Source: an uncultured Bacteriovoracaceae bacterium
GTDB lineage: Bacteria; Bdellovibrionota; UBA2394
Direction of reading: 5' to 3'
Length of the DNA: 64,000 nucleotides
Assembly: GCA_964622975.1 (NCBI GenBank)
Contig: CAZUTA010000006.1
Coordinates: 3,071-67,070, forward strand
Within the stretch, counting starts at the first letter, position 1; every line of letters starts with the position of its first letter. A model generated the notes under the pieces. It was not told the origin of the DNA and did no database searches. It worked only from the letters and a program-made list of their open reading frames with translations. Below, piece after piece: positions 35,970 through 47,276 of this stretch. A program made the position numbers and the translations under genes.

Positions 35970-37706
35970 ATGGCGACAAAGACCCCTGAAACCCATTCTG
36001 ATGATTCATTTTGCCGGGCCCTTTTTAATGGGCACCTTCTTGAGGATCGGCTGATTCCTTACCCTGAAGCTTCGACCGAAGGCTGGGGGGATGTGACCGA
36101 GGCCGTCAAACGATTTGGGGCCGAGCGGGTCAACTCACGCAAAATTGACGAAGATTCAAAAATTCCACCGGAGCTTATCGAGGAAATGAAGCAGCTCGGT
36201 CTCTTTGGAATGATTATTCCTGAGGATTACGGCGGTTTTGGGCTCAACGCCACGGGATACGCCAAGGTGATGGAAAGCCTCGTCTCTGTGGATTCTTCTC
36301 TCGCAATCACTGTGGGAGCGCATCAGAGCATTGGCCTGAAGGGCTTATTGATCTTTGGAACGGATGAACAGAAGCGCAAATATCTCCCCAAACTCGCCAC
36401 CGGAGAGATGGTAGCGGCCTTTGCTCTAACGGAGCCGACCAGTGGTTCGGATGCTCAGAGTATTAAGACCAAGGCCAAGCTCACCGCTGACGGAAAGCAC
36501 TACTTGATTAACGGATCCAAGCTTTGGATTACGAACGGCGGGATCGCAGATTATTTTACAGTTTTTGCCAAAGTGGACGTCGATGTAAAAGGCGAGAAAA
36601 AAGAAAAAGTCACGGCCTTCATTGTGGAGAGATCCATGGGAGTGAAGAGCCTGCAGGAGGAGCACAAGCTCGGCATCAAAGGATCCTCGACGGTGGCTCT
36701 TGTGCTTGAGGACGTCAAAGTCCCTGTTGAGAATATGCTCGGCGAAGTGGGCAAAGGCTTTAAAGTCGCCATGTCTATTTTGAATTCGGGTCGTTTAGGT
36801 TTGGCCTCGGGTTGCGTGGGCGCCAGCAAATGGATGATGCGGGAGTCCGTCAAATACGCTGCTGAGCGAAAGCAGTTTGACTTGAGACTCGTCGATTTTA
36901 AAATGATCAAGGCCTACATCTCTCAGATGGAAGTCTCGACGTATGTGCTTGAGAGCATGGTTTATCTGACGACGTCTTGGATCGATAAAGGAGTGCATGA
37001 TTATTCGATTGAGTCTGCGATCTGCAAAGTTTTTGGATCGGAGACCTGCTGGGACAACGTCAACCGAGCGCTGCAAATCGCTGGCGGCAATGGGTATATG
37101 AAAGATTATCCCTACGAGCGTGCTCTGCGGGATTCGCGAATCAATTTGATATTTGAAGGCACCAACGAAATTTTGCGACTCTTTATTGCGCTCACGGGCC
37201 TCCAGGCGACGGCCACAGAGCTCAAAGAAACTCAGACCAATATTTTCAAATTGTTTAACGAACCCGCCAAGGGTTTTGGAGCGTTCTTTGGATATACGGG
37301 GCGCCGACTCCGCCAAAATTTTGCGCCGGATATGGCCAAGAAAATACATCCCGCTCTCGATAAGCAGATTCAAAATTTAGGGCGATCGGTGGCGGATTTG
37401 TCAGAGTGTTCTGAGACGCTCATCAAAAAGTACAAGAAAGATATCGTGCATGAGCAACATGATTTGCGTCGCATTGCAGATATCACGATTGATTGCTTTG
37501 CGATGGCTGCCGTTTTGGCGCGTGTCACCACAGAGATCGAAAAAAATGGAGAAAAAGAAAGCCTCCATGCGAGACAAATTGCTTCGATTTTTTGTAGTCA
37601 AGCGCGTCGACGGGTTCGAGATAATTTGCGCTCGCTCGAAGTCAATAAAGACAAAGCGGTGGACGCTGTGGCGGATCGAGTCGTCAAAAAACTCGCCTCG
37701 GACTAG
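35970..37706 (+). CDS. Long-type acyl-CoA dehydrogenase (VLCAD/ACAD9-like, 578 aa)
   Basis: Start moved to Met48 of the track ORF. ACAD N/M/C domains (FALTEPTSGSDA, YLINGSKLWITNG, catalytic Glu region IFEGTNEI) plus ~180-aa C-terminal extension. Confidence 0.85.
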   Translation: MATKTPETHSDDSFCRALFNGHLLEDRLIPYPEASTEGWGDVTEAVKRFGAERVNSRKIDEDSKIPPELIEEMKQLGLFGMIIPEDYGGFGLNATGYAKVMESLVSVDSSLAITVGAHQSIGLKGLLIFGTDEQKRKYLPKLATGEMVAAFALTEPTSGSDAQSIKTKAKLTADGKHYLINGSKLWITNGGIADYFTVFAKVDVDVKGEKKEKVTAFIVERSMGVKSLQEEHKLGIKGSSTVALVLEDVKVPVENMLGEVGKGFKVAMSILNSGRLGLASGCVGASKWMMRESVKYAAERKQFDLRLVDFKMIKAYISQMEVSTYVLESMVYLTTSWIDKGVHDYSIESAICKVFGSETCWDNVNRALQIAGGNGYMKDYPYERALRDSRINLIFEGTNEILRLFIALTGLQATATELKETQTNIFKLFNEPAKGFGAFFGYTGRRLRQNFAPDMAKKIHPALDKQIQNLGRSVADLSECSETLIKKYKKDIVHEQHDLRRIADITIDCFAMAAVLARVTTEIEKNGEKESLHARQIASIFCSQARRRVRDNLRSLEVNKDKAVDAVADRVVKKLASD

Positions 37707-37724
37707 TTCTCAAAATCCCTGTCT

Positions 37725-38951
37725 TTAAAATCTTCTGAGAGCATCCTGGCAACGATTCTTGGGATACGGAGTGAGAATCTGTGGTGGTTCTTTTTTGACC
37801 TTCACTCGAATCGCTAGAACCTTGGCGCGATCGGCTTGCGACAGCAAAATACTCACAGGGAGTTTAGGATCTTTTAGATAATTTTGAACCACATAGAGCA
37901 GCCAGGCATGGGGTTCGGATGTGGAGAAGAACTTGGCAGGATTTTCGATCCGACCGTCTTCGACGGCTTTGAGGATTCGATTGACGGCGTCCCGGCCGTA
38001 GAGGCCGGTGAGATAGTAAGGATCATAGGTCTGAGTGAATGCGGATTCCAAAAGTCCGCGGAGATGTTCGAGGCTTTCGAGTTGTTTGAGAAGCGCTGCT
38101 TCTTCGGCCTGTTTTTGGGCGGCGAGTTCGCCAGGCAAAGTCTCGAGCCACTTGATCGTTAGATGGCGCAGAGAATTCAATACGGCTTTGAGTAGATCTT
38201 CATCCGAGGAACGTCGCTTTTTAAAGAACGACTGCATTTGGTCGACAAATCCCTGAGGGTGACTGGAGAGGGTGTGATTGAGAAATCGTTGAATTGCCCG
38301 GTCTTTAGCTTCTGGGGGCAGAGTTTCGGGCCAGAGCCATTCTTTTTGAAGCTTGGCTTCTAGCGCGGAACTCGCATTGCTGGATTTAAACAGGGCGAGA
38401 AGTCGGCGCGACGTTTGGGGGCTCCAATCGGGCGAGATTCCTAAGTGCCAAAACTCAATTGCAGGGTGGATTTGTTTTCCAATCCAGATTCGGTCTCGAT
38501 ATTTTGTGAGTGAGGCGCTGACTGAAGGCTTGATGAGACCTCGCGAGGCTTCTGCAAATCGATCTCGAGTAATAAAATCGTGAGCAGCAAAACTCAAAAG
38601 CACAGCGAGGAGTTCGCGTCGTTCTGTGGGATCCTGAATGAGGGTCGCCCAAGCGGAATCAAGATTTTTGAGTTGTTCTTGGAAGGGATTGGTAGGTGTC
38701 GCAAGGTCGAAGGTATCTAATGCCGTTTCATAAAAAATAACGAGTGAGAGGACATTGGCCTGAAGATCTTCAGGTGTGAATTCATAGTTCCTCAGCTTGA
38801 GGGGGTTTTCGTGCGCGGATACAAACGCGCTAAAGAGGGGGTTTGTGGAGTAAGAGGGCGATCGCTTTAAATAATCCAGGATCTCACTCGGCGCTGCCCC
38901 TGCAGGGGACGCCAACATCCAAAAAATGAGGTTCAAAAGGCTTTTGCGCAT
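37725..38951 (-). CDS. Secreted hypothetical protein (409 aa)
   Basis: Start moved to Met57, giving signal peptide MRKSLLNLIFWMLASPAGAA. No domain recognised. Confidence 0.5.
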   Translation of the reverse strand: MRKSLLNLIFWMLASPAGAAPSEILDYLKRSPSYSTNPLFSAFVSAHENPLKLRNYEFTPEDLQANVLSLVIFYETALDTFDLATPTNPFQEQLKNLDSAWATLIQDPTERRELLAVLLSFAAHDFITRDRFAEASRGLIKPSVSASLTKYRDRIWIGKQIHPAIEFWHLGISPDWSPQTSRRLLALFKSSNASSALEAKLQKEWLWPETLPPEAKDRAIQRFLNHTLSSHPQGFVDQMQSFFKKRRSSDEDLLKAVLNSLRHLTIKWLETLPGELAAQKQAEEAALLKQLESLEHLRGLLESAFTQTYDPYYLTGLYGRDAVNRILKAVEDGRIENPAKFFSTSEPHAWLLYVVQNYLKDPKLPVSILLSQADRAKVLAIRVKVKKEPPQILTPYPKNRCQDALRRF

Positions 38952-39289
38952 AATGGCGCGTAACGTGCAGGATTTGAGGTAAAAAGGGAAGGAATTAGGG
39001 AAGATTTGAGCCTCAATCACGCTTGACGCCCTGAGGCTTGGGAATTTAAGACTTTGATCAAGTATGCCTTCACCAACAGGAGTGACGAGACTCGTCCGAA
39101 ACAAAAAGCGATCCCTCAACGGAAAACGTTCTAAACGCGAGAATCGCGTGAAGGGGACCTGGAATTATATGACCATGGGATTCCCCAGCGAAAAGAAGGC
39201 AGCAGCCTCTACGGCCAAGAAATAGGCTGTTTTTACCGGCATAAATCTTGCGTCTTGTTCAGAGTAGAGGGTGAGGATTCCCTCTTTGT

Positions 39290-39829
39290 ATGGCAGGCGG
39301 ATTAAGTTTATTTTTTGCAATTTTTCTAACATCGGCGGGTTCGTGCGATGATGTCTTTGAGTACCTTTCTGTCAATATTCAGAAGTTAGCAGATGAGATG
39401 GCAGAGCCTGTTGAAGAGGTCATTCCCAGCGTTTTGAGTGCCTATCAAGAAGCTTTTGTATCCAAAATCAAAGAAGTTCAGGCTCAAGATGCCGAATATT
39501 CAAAGGCGACAAGCGTGGAGCGGCGAATTGAGATTCTTTCGCAAATCGAAGATTTGGAGCAGGAAGCGAGCTTTATGGCCAAGGGATTTTTTAAGGCTCT
39601 CGCTATGAGTGCAAAAGGCAGAGAAGCCTTTAAGAAGTTTAAGGCTGATTTTTTTAGTGCCGACGAAGAATTGAACCTGGTGATGAAGCACCTTCAAATT
39701 CTCATGGACAAAGAGGGGCAAGAAAACTCGCGAATGAGGTTTTTTTGGCATGCCGGTCACGAAGATTCAACAGAGAAAGCTGTTTTTTTAATGAGCGGAT
39801 TACTGGAAGCCTGGCCCAAAGAGCCCTAA
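39290..39829 (+). CDS. Putative lipoprotein, helical
   Basis: Signal peptide ending LTSAGSC (lipobox-like). No domain recognised. Confidence 0.45.
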   Translation: MAGGLSLFFAIFLTSAGSCDDVFEYLSVNIQKLADEMAEPVEEVIPSVLSAYQEAFVSKIKEVQAQDAEYSKATSVERRIEILSQIEDLEQEASFMAKGFFKALAMSAKGREAFKKFKADFFSADEELNLVMKHLQILMDKEGQENSRMRFFWHAGHEDSTEKAVFLMSGLLEAWPKEP

Positions 39830-39832
39830 TTT

Positions 39833-41167
39833 TTAGCGGATCATTTCGTCAAACCAAGGTTTGGTTTTGACGAGGTCGAGAGCTTCTTCTTTCGTAGAAA
39901 TCCGACCCTCGAGTTGCTCGGTTTCGATCATATCCAGAATTGTTTTAAACAGGGGGCCAGGATCAAAGCCTAAGGCTTTGAGGTCTTCTCCGTTGATCAA
40001 AGGCTTGGGCTTTAAAACTTCTGGAGGAAGCTCCGCGAGCTTTTGTTTGCAAAGTTCATAAAGTTCTAACTTTTTATGGCTCGCCATGCAGTCGATGTAG
40101 TGCATCTGCAAATGGAGGGGGAACCGAGGGTTTCTCAGAAACCTCTTTAGCGTAGAAGGACGCATTTGAGGGACATCTTTAAAGTTGAGATGATCTCGAG
40201 TGAGTTCGCAGACTGTCTCAATCAACGATCGAGAAGCCTTGAGTCGCTTTAAAATTTGCTCAGCCATCTCGGCGCCGACATTTTGATGATTGTTAAATCG
40301 AATCCGATCCGGCGGCTCGTGACTAAAAGTGGGTGGCTTTCCGATATCATGAAGCAAGCAGCCCCAGGCGAGTTCCGGCGCAACTCCATTGCATTGCTTG
40401 AGGAGAAGAAGTGTATGCACCCAAACATCTCCCTCGGGATGATACTCAGGAGGTTGTTCGCAGCCTTTCATGGCGAGTGCCTCAGGAATGATGCGATCCA
40501 GTAGTCCCAAATCGGCCAAGTGATTGAAAGCGTGATCTGCATTTTGGTTCGTGATCATCTTGGTGATCTCATCAAAAATTCGCTCTGCGGATATCTGAGT
40601 AATCGAAGAGCTATGCTTTCGAATCGCATCAACCAAAGAATCTTCCATCGCAAACTCCAGCCTCGCTGAAAATCTCACGGCTCTCAGCATTCGCAAAAAA
40701 TCTTCTTGGATTCTTTGGTCGGGATTTCCGATGGCGCGAATGACTTTGCGCTTGAGATCGTCCTGTCCACCGACCCAATCAAATACTTGACCAGTCAGAG
40801 GATTCATCAGCATTCCGTTGATCGTAAAATCTCGACGCTGAACATCTTCCTGAGCAGTGGCTGTTTCAATCTTTTCGGGGTGTCGACCATCCTTGATCCC
40901 GACATCTTTGCGAAACGTCGCGACTTCGATTTTTTCGGGATTTTCTTCGTTCGAAAGAACCAAAATGACATTGAAGGCCTCGCCGACAGGGACCGTTCGT
41001 TCAAAGAGTGCTTGGACTTGATGAGGAAGTGCGTTTGTGGCGACATCATAGTCTTTGGGGGCCACATTCATCAGCTTGTCGCGAACACAGCCTCCCGCGA
41101 GCAGGGCTTGATAACCCGCTGTCTCGAGCGTTCGCACAATGTGACAGGCAAATTCAAAAGAGGCCAT
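39833..41167 (-). CDS. cca: CCA-adding tRNA nucleotidyltransferase with HD domain
   Basis: GGCVRD and DYDV nucleotidyltransferase motifs, RRDFTIN, C-terminal HD domain (LLHDIGK). Confidence 0.85.
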   Translation of the reverse strand: MASFEFACHIVRTLETAGYQALLAGGCVRDKLMNVAPKDYDVATNALPHQVQALFERTVPVGEAFNVILVLSNEENPEKIEVATFRKDVGIKDGRHPEKIETATAQEDVQRRDFTINGMLMNPLTGQVFDWVGGQDDLKRKVIRAIGNPDQRIQEDFLRMLRAVRFSARLEFAMEDSLVDAIRKHSSSITQISAERIFDEITKMITNQNADHAFNHLADLGLLDRIIPEALAMKGCEQPPEYHPEGDVWVHTLLLLKQCNGVAPELAWGCLLHDIGKPPTFSHEPPDRIRFNNHQNVGAEMAEQILKRLKASRSLIETVCELTRDHLNFKDVPQMRPSTLKRFLRNPRFPLHLQMHYIDCMASHKKLELYELCKQKLAELPPEVLKPKPLINGEDLKALGFDPGPLFKTILDMIETEQLEGRISTKEEALDLVKTKPWFDEMIR

Positions 41168-41179
41168 GAGGACAATAGT

Positions 41180-42094
41180 CTAACGCTTGGGTTTCCAAAT
41201 GGCTACTGAAGTAGGATTGGATTCGTCTCCGGGGAGTCTATTTTTTTCGATGGCCAGAATCTGGAGGATTCCTCGATCTTGAGCTTTGGTAAGTTGGTCA
41301 TAAAAGTTGAGATTCCAATGAACATTCTCAAAGAATCTTTTGTGTTGAGGATCAAACTGACTTGCCGGCGCGACAGATAAAGGAACCTGAAATCCAAAAG
41401 GCTCAAACTGAATGACAAGAAGCTCGGATCCGATTTGAGATACTTTTTCAAAAAAGAAAGGACTGAGTTCATGCACTTGCTCAATACTGTGGGCGGTAAA
41501 GCATAAAACTTTGCCCTCTTTAGGCAGCCAAGAAATGTCAGGCGCATTGTGATCAAAGCGCGAAACTTTAAGTTTCATTTTGGGGGCAAACTGAGCGAGC
41601 TGTTGAGCCATTTGGCATCCTGATTCTGTATACTCACCCATAAAAAACTGCGCATGAGTCGCTCCACCTCGGGCATGCAGTGCAAAGAGATTTTGGGCGT
41701 ATCCGCCCCCGAGTTCCACAATCGAATCAAACGAGTGCTGGTCGATGATATCCAGAAGGTAGTCAACGGGACGTGGATAGTTGGGAAAAGAGGTTTTTCC
41801 ATCTCGATAGGCTCGGACGTCTTCAAAAGGTCTTTGTGTAAAAGCGAGGTCTTCGGTGTACAATTTTTTTCGGAAAGCAAACTCCTTAGCGCCCGAAGGG
41901 GTGTCGACTGGAACAATCACATGGTAGCCTTCAAATCTTTTGAGACGTTCGCACGCCATAAACGCATCACAATCAGGAGATTGCAAAACCACTTGGAGGG
42001 CGCGATGACGTAGCGCCCACGCATCCTGATAGAATTTTTTCCAGAGGGCTTCGAAGCCCTCTTTTTCGCTCATCGGTGAAACATCCACGCTCAA
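41180..42094 (-). CDS. Class I SAM-dependent methyltransferase-like protein
   Basis: VELGGGYAQ glycine-rich motif I-like. Substrate unknown. Confidence 0.55.
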   Translation of the reverse strand: MSVDVSPMSEKEGFEALWKKFYQDAWALRHRALQVVLQSPDCDAFMACERLKRFEGYHVIVPVDTPSGAKEFAFRKKLYTEDLAFTQRPFEDVRAYRDGKTSFPNYPRPVDYLLDIIDQHSFDSIVELGGGYAQNLFALHARGGATHAQFFMGEYTESGCQMAQQLAQFAPKMKLKVSRFDHNAPDISWLPKEGKVLCFTAHSIEQVHELSPFFFEKVSQIGSELLVIQFEPFGFQVPLSVAPASQFDPQHKRFFENVHWNLNFYDQLTKAQDRGILQILAIEKNRLPGDESNPTSVAIWKPKR

Positions 42095-42133
42095 TTGTGA
42101 GCGTCCAAGATCATAAGCGTCAAGAAATGCTCA

Positions 42134-43120
42134 TTACTCAGAATCGGAAAAGGGATCGAAGTCCGAATCGTCGGGGCGACCTCTTCCCGAAAGGGGATGC
42201 CACTGAATTTTGAGAGGTTTTAGAAACGGGATAACGTGTTGGTTCTCCGTAAAAATTTGAGAGGGGCTCTCCTGGAAGGTGTGTAAGATCGGCTTTTCAC
42301 TCATCGCGGCGTGCCCACTGTCGGGAGTCGCATCGACTTCCTGCCAAGGGCCCCGGAGCGAAAAGCGGACTTGAACCCAAAGATAAGCTAATTTTGTTCG
42401 CGGATCGATGCCTTCGACGAGCACGACATCTTGATTTGTCGCGCCGAGTTCTCCCAAAATTCCCGCAAGCGCAGGATTGGCGAGTCGCGCAATGCTCACG
42501 CGATGTTCTGCGATATCGCGCGCCGCAAAAATACTCACAGGATCAAAGGCCCCGTGCTCGCCGCGAGGAAACACCGCATAGAGATCCGTAAAAGAACGGT
42601 GTCCGTCCTTTAGAGATCTCATAGGTTCGATATAATTTCGCAAATGATAGGCGAGTGAATAGACGAGATGCTCGCGTTCACGCGGACTCAAAATCGCCCA
42701 AGGAGTTTCGCTCCCGATTTCTGGAAGTTCTAAGGCGAATTCCAAGTCGGTGTTTAAAAAATCTGCGGAATGGAAACTCAAGCGAGATCTTTCAATGGAT
42801 CGCATCAAGGGAACAAAAAATCGTCGAGTCGGAGGGCGAAAACCCGGTCGCTTTTTTCCGTCGGGACTTCGAAACATGATATCGTTTAAAAGATCCCGAC
42901 TCTTATCTCTCAAGCGCATTTCCACAAAGGCTTCGCGATTGGTGTCTCGGTTTTCTTGATAAGTCTTATGAGCCTCAAAATTGATGAATTTTAGCAGCCC
43001 ATCGACTCGCCTTTCCTCCGTGGCTCTCAAAGCTCGCGAACAAAACGAGTCGCCAGCAGAGAGAGTAACACTCCACAGGCAGAGCAAAGCCGCTAAAAAT
43101 GAAATGCGAGAAGACACCAC
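42134..43120 (-). CDS. Secreted hypothetical protein (328 aa)
   Basis: Signal peptide (ISFLAALLCLWSVTLSAGD). No domain recognised. Confidence 0.5.
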   Translation of the reverse strand: MVSSRISFLAALLCLWSVTLSAGDSFCSRALRATEERRVDGLLKFINFEAHKTYQENRDTNREAFVEMRLRDKSRDLLNDIMFRSPDGKKRPGFRPPTRRFFVPLMRSIERSRLSFHSADFLNTDLEFALELPEIGSETPWAILSPREREHLVYSLAYHLRNYIEPMRSLKDGHRSFTDLYAVFPRGEHGAFDPVSIFAARDIAEHRVSIARLANPALAGILGELGATNQDVVLVEGIDPRTKLAYLWVQVRFSLRGPWQEVDATPDSGHAAMSEKPILHTFQESPSQIFTENQHVIPFLKPLKIQWHPLSGRGRPDDSDFDPFSDSE

Positions 43121-43185
43121 AATCCTTAAAACCTTGCAACCTGCGTACCAGTGAAGGACTGTAAAATGCCAGAAAAATGAAAGGC

Positions 43186-44418
43186 TTAACGAATTCTTAA
43201 ACTTTCGGGGTTGTCCAAGAGAAGTCGCAGGAACTCTCCTTGAACTTTGAGTCGTTCAGCAAAACTTCCCACCCACACCACTTCGTTTTCGGAATGATAA
43301 CCTTGGCCATAGGGACCCATCGAATCAATGACGGGGATTTGAGCTTCGGCCAAAAAACTTGCGGCCGATCGAGTCATCGAAATACTTGCGAGAGGTTTTG
43401 GTACTCCCGCGTTTTGATGCGCTTGCTGCCAAAGTCTCTGCCAAAAAACCGGCGTGATTTCTTGCGGCGCCCAGAGAGGATTCTCGTCAAATGTCAGTTG
43501 AATGCCATTTCGGCGAAGCCGCTTTTGGTTCTTCATCAAAACCCGCATGATTTTTTGGTGATCGTTTCCCGTTTCAAACCGCGTGGCCATCTTAAAATGG
43601 AGGTTTCCGAGGAGGACATTCGGCTTTGTTTGAGCCTCAATCTCAAAAATATTAATTTTGATTTGCTCGGATTCGATCTCACTCAAAGTGCTCGAAACCT
43701 GATGGAAACCTTGAAGAAGTTTGGGCTTATTTTTGGATGAAAGAATGCCAGCGTGACCTTCGGCAGACTTGAGCTGAAGCTTCCAATGAGAGTTGCCTCC
43801 CATTTGAGCGGGGATTCGGTGGCGCTGAATTTTGGAATCATACCAGCCAGGCTCAAACACCCAAGCCACAGCCACATCTTTGGCAAAAAGAAGCATCGAT
43901 TCTTTAGAGATTTTGGATCCGGTTTCTTCATCTGCAGCGATGAATATTTTGAATTGAACTTTGTTGGCGCTCCACTGTGATTTTGTCGCTTTCAAAAATT
44001 CGAGAATCAAGATCAAACCACCCTTGGCATCGGCGACCCCAGGTCCTGAAATGACGGGTCCATATTTTTTGGCATCACGACTGGCCGCAGCGCTGGCACC
44101 AAGCATTTTGGATTCTTGAAAGGGGTGAAACTCCTCAAAGACCGTATCGAGATGGCCAACCAGTAGAATTTTGAGAGGGGCTTCACTGGATCCAGCGGTA
44201 GCTTTTAAGGCGCGATGCTTGAGCGACCAATCAGCCTCGATTCCGAGAGGGCGAAGCTGATTTTTGAACCAAACCGCGGTTCGATCGAGTCCTTGCTCGT
44301 GAAGCGAGCCTGAATTGATGTGGGAGACTTCCTGAATCTGGTGGGAGATTTGCTCAAGCGAGCTTGAGGAAATCAGCGCGGCTCCTATGACGGAGGAGAA
44401 AAGTCCCGAAAAGAGCAT
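43186..44418 (-). CDS. M20 family metallopeptidase (carboxypeptidase G2/glutamate carboxypeptidase-like), secreted
   Basis: Signal peptide. LLVGHLDTV, GPGVADAKGG, AADEETGS metal-binding motifs. Confidence 0.75.
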   Translation of the reverse strand: MLFSGLFSSVIGAALISSSSLEQISHQIQEVSHINSGSLHEQGLDRTAVWFKNQLRPLGIEADWSLKHRALKATAGSSEAPLKILLVGHLDTVFEEFHPFQESKMLGASAAASRDAKKYGPVISGPGVADAKGGLILILEFLKATKSQWSANKVQFKIFIAADEETGSKISKESMLLFAKDVAVAWVFEPGWYDSKIQRHRIPAQMGGNSHWKLQLKSAEGHAGILSSKNKPKLLQGFHQVSSTLSEIESEQIKINIFEIEAQTKPNVLLGNLHFKMATRFETGNDHQKIMRVLMKNQKRLRRNGIQLTFDENPLWAPQEITPVFWQRLWQQAHQNAGVPKPLASISMTRSAASFLAEAQIPVIDSMGPYGQGYHSENEVVWVGSFAERLKVQGEFLRLLLDNPESLRIR

Positions 44419-44452
44419 TGCGCCACAATAGACAGAAGTTTAGCCTTTGACC

Positions 44453-45610
44453 ATGAAAACGGCCTATTTGTATTCCGGAAAGCGAACTCCGATCGGGAGT
44501 TTTATGGGAGCCTTTAGCAATGTGTCCGCGCCGCAGCTGGGTGCAACTGCAGCTAAGGCAGCACTGCGAGCTGCGAGCCTCGCGCCTGAAAAAATAGATG
44601 AAGTCATCTCGGGATGCGTGCTTCCTGCGGGACTGGGTCAAGCGCCAGCGCGCCAAGTCTGTATTTTTTCGGGCATCTCAAATGCCGCTCGCGCGATGAC
44701 GATCAATAAGGTCTGTGGTTCGGGACTCAAAGCAGTGAGTCTTGCGGCTGATCGAATCGCACTTTCGCATTCACAGTTTGTATTGGCCGGTGGAATCGAG
44801 AATATGTCGATGGCTCCCTATTATTTGAAGTCTGCTCGCGCTGGAATGCGTATGGGAAATCAGGAAGTCACGGATGGCTTGATCCTCGATGGGCTTTGGG
44901 ATGTCTACAATCAGTTTCATATGGGCGTCGCGGCAGAAATGTGCGTGAAGCACTATAAATTTTCGCGCGAAGCTCAAGATGCCTATGCGGCTGAGTCTTA
45001 TAAAAAGGCTCTTCATGCCATTGCGTCGGGATATTTTAAAGAAGAAATCGAAGCGGTCGAGATTGCTTCTAAAAAAGAGACTCTTAAAGTTGAGACCGAC
45101 GAAGAACCTGGTCGAGGAAAAATTGATCAATTTGGAAAGCTCAGACCTGCCTTTGATAAAGAGGGCACCATCACTGCGGCGAATGCATCGTCGATTAATG
45201 ATGGGGCGGCATTTTTGGTGGTGGGAGGAGAGGATCAATCGCTCAAGCCCCTCGCTCGGATAATTCATAGCGCTGAGTTTGCTCAGGCTCCTGAATGGTT
45301 TACGACGGCGCCGGTTGGTGCCATCAAAAAACTTTTGACCGAAGCCTCACTCAAAGTCGCGGATTTTGCGTCGTTTGAGATTAATGAGGCTTTTTCGGCT
45401 GTGGCGATGGCTGCGCAAAAGGAGCTTGAAATTCCTGCAGAGAAACTCAATCCCAAAGGAGGGGCTGTGGCTCTTGGTCACCCCATCGGGGCGAGTGGCG
45501 CGCGAATTTTGGTGACTTTGCTGCATACTCTCAAACCGAAGGAGCGCGGAATCGCGAGTCTCTGTATCGGCGGAGGCGAGGCTATCGCTGTCGCCATCGA
45601 AAAAATCTAA
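44453..45610 (+). CDS. Acetyl-CoA C-acetyltransferase (thiolase II)
   Basis: [10 protein letters not shown] (active Cys), C-terminal [10 protein letters not shown] and CIGGGEA motifs. ATG at Met3 of the track ORF. Confidence 0.9.
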   Translation: MKTAYLYSGKRTPIGSFMGAFSNVSAPQLGATAAKAALRAASLAPEKIDEVISGCVLPAGLGQAPARQVCIFSGISNAARAMTINKVCGSGLKAVSLAADRIALSHSQFVLAGGIENMSMAPYYLKSARAGMRMGNQEVTDGLILDGLWDVYNQFHMGVAAEMCVKHYKFSREAQDAYAAESYKKALHAIASGYFKEEIEAVEIASKKETLKVETDEEPGRGKIDQFGKLRPAFDKEGTITAANASSINDGAAFLVVGGEDQSLKPLARIIHSAEFAQAPEWFTTAPVGAIKKLLTEASLKVADFASFEINEAFSAVAMAAQKELEIPAEKLNPKGGAVALGHPIGASGARILVTLLHTLKPKERGIASLCIGGGEAIAVAIEKI

Positions 45611-45620
45611 GGGGGCAAAA

Positions 45621-46499
45621 ATGTCAGTTGTGAATTCGTCATTTAATTCAATTGGGGTGATTGGCTCGGGACAGATGGGCGCCGGAATTGCTCAGGTCTT
45701 GGCTCAATACGGAATCCAAGTGGTTCTCCAAGATATCAGTGAGCCCGCACTCGCAAAGGCAAAAGCAGGGATGGAAAAGTCTCTGCAAAAACTCCTCGAA
45801 AAAGGAAAGATCACCGAAGATCCTTCTAAAGTTTTGAGCCGAATCAAAACCACAACGAATCTCGAAGATTTTGCGCAGGTAGAACTAGCGATCGAAGCTG
45901 CGACAGAAAATCGAGAAGTTAAAAAAATGATTTTTAAGAAGCTCGATCAAATTTTAAAACCCTCGGCCATCATCGGAACCAATACCTCGTCGATCAGCAT
46001 TACAGAACTGGCAGCGGTGACTAAGCGTCCTCAAAATTTTATTGGAATTCACTTTATGAATCCCGTACCCCTCATGAAGCTCGTCGAAGTGATTTGTGGG
46101 CAACTGACGTCTCAAGAAAGCTTGGATCGAGTTCTTACGCTTGTTTCGCTCATCGAAAAATCAGCGACTAAATCAAACGACTATCCAGGGTTTGTCGTCA
46201 ATCGCATCTTGATGCCGATGATCAACGAAGCCGTCTATGCATTTTACGAAGGGGTCGGAACAAAGGAAGACATTGATAAAGGAATGAAGCTTGGGACCAA
46301 TCAGCCGATGGGTCCATTGGAGCTCGCGGATTTTATCGGGCTCGACACATGTTTGGCGATCATGGAGGTTTTGCATGAGGGTCTCGGTGACACCAAATAT
46401 CGGCCATGCCCGATGCTTCGCAATTATGTGAACGCCGGACTTTTGGGTCGAAAGGCGGGTCGAGGCTTTTATGATTATTCGAGCGCGGGAGCAAAATAG
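45621..46499 (+). CDS. 3-hydroxybutyryl-CoA / 3-hydroxyacyl-CoA dehydrogenase
   Basis: [16 protein letters not shown] Rossmann motif, [27 protein letters not shown] upstream. Confidence 0.85.
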   Translation: MSVVNSSFNSIGVIGSGQMGAGIAQVLAQYGIQVVLQDISEPALAKAKAGMEKSLQKLLEKGKITEDPSKVLSRIKTTTNLEDFAQVELAIEAATENREVKKMIFKKLDQILKPSAIIGTNTSSISITELAAVTKRPQNFIGIHFMNPVPLMKLVEVICGQLTSQESLDRVLTLVSLIEKSATKSNDYPGFVVNRILMPMINEAVYAFYEGVGTKEDIDKGMKLGTNQPMGPLELADFIGLDTCLAIMEVLHEGLGDTKYRPCPMLRNYVNAGLLGRKAGRGFYDYSSAGAK

Positions 46500-46501
46500 G
46501 G

Positions 46502-47260
46502 ATGGAGTTTGTAAAGGTTCAAGAAGCTCAAGGAATCACGACCCTCACGATTGATCGGCCCGCGAGTCTCAATGCTCTTAATGTTCAAGTGCTGATGGAA
46601 CTCAAAGAGGCTTTGCAAAGTGTAAAGTCCTCCGTGGTGATTTTGACCGGCGCAGGGCCAAAAGCTTTTGTGGCGGGTGCCGATATTGCAGGCATGGTGG
46701 AGTTTTCACCGGCCGAGGCGCAAAAATTCGCCGAACTCGGCCAATCGGTGATGCGGTTGATTCAGGAAGCCTCGTTTACAAGTATTGCGGCCATCAATGG
46801 ATTTGCGCTCGGCGGTGGTTGTGAGCTCGCGATGGCGTGCGATCTCATCTACGCCTCTGACAATGCCAAGTTAGGTCTCCCCGAAACCAATTTAGGAATC
46901 ATCCCGGGTTTTGGGGGCACAGTGACGATGGTTCATAAAGTGGGAGTTCAGCGAGCGCTGGAACTGGTCCTCACCGGCAAGATGCTTGATGCGCCCTCGG
47001 CAAAGGCGTGGGGCCTTGTTCTCGAAGTGTTTCCGGCGACAGAATTGATGACAAAAGTTTTGGAGATCGCCACTCAGATTTCTCAAAAGGGAACTGAGAG
47101 TATTAATGCCGCCCGACGGTTGGTAAAAGCGGCGATGCTCGCGCAGATGCCGTCCGCATTTAAGGCCGAGCAAGAAGCGTTTGCTTCGCTATTTAAAACC
47201 CACGAACCCAAAGAGGGAATGTCGGCCTTTTTGCAAAAGCGAAAACCTGTTTTTAGATAA
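46502..47260 (+). CDS. Enoyl-CoA hydratase (crotonase family)
   Basis: ITLDRPASLNAL, AINGFALGGGCELAMACD, catalytic Glu pair context. Confidence 0.85.
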   Translation: MEFVKVQEAQGITTLTIDRPASLNALNVQVLMELKEALQSVKSSVVILTGAGPKAFVAGADIAGMVEFSPAEAQKFAELGQSVMRLIQEASFTSIAAINGFALGGGCELAMACDLIYASDNAKLGLPETNLGIIPGFGGTVTMVHKVGVQRALELVLTGKMLDAPSAKAWGLVLEVFPATELMTKVLEIATQISQKGTESINAARRLVKAAMLAQMPSAFKAEQEAFASLFKTHEPKEGMSAFLQKRKPVFR

Positions 47261-47276
47261 GACTTTAAGGGATTTT

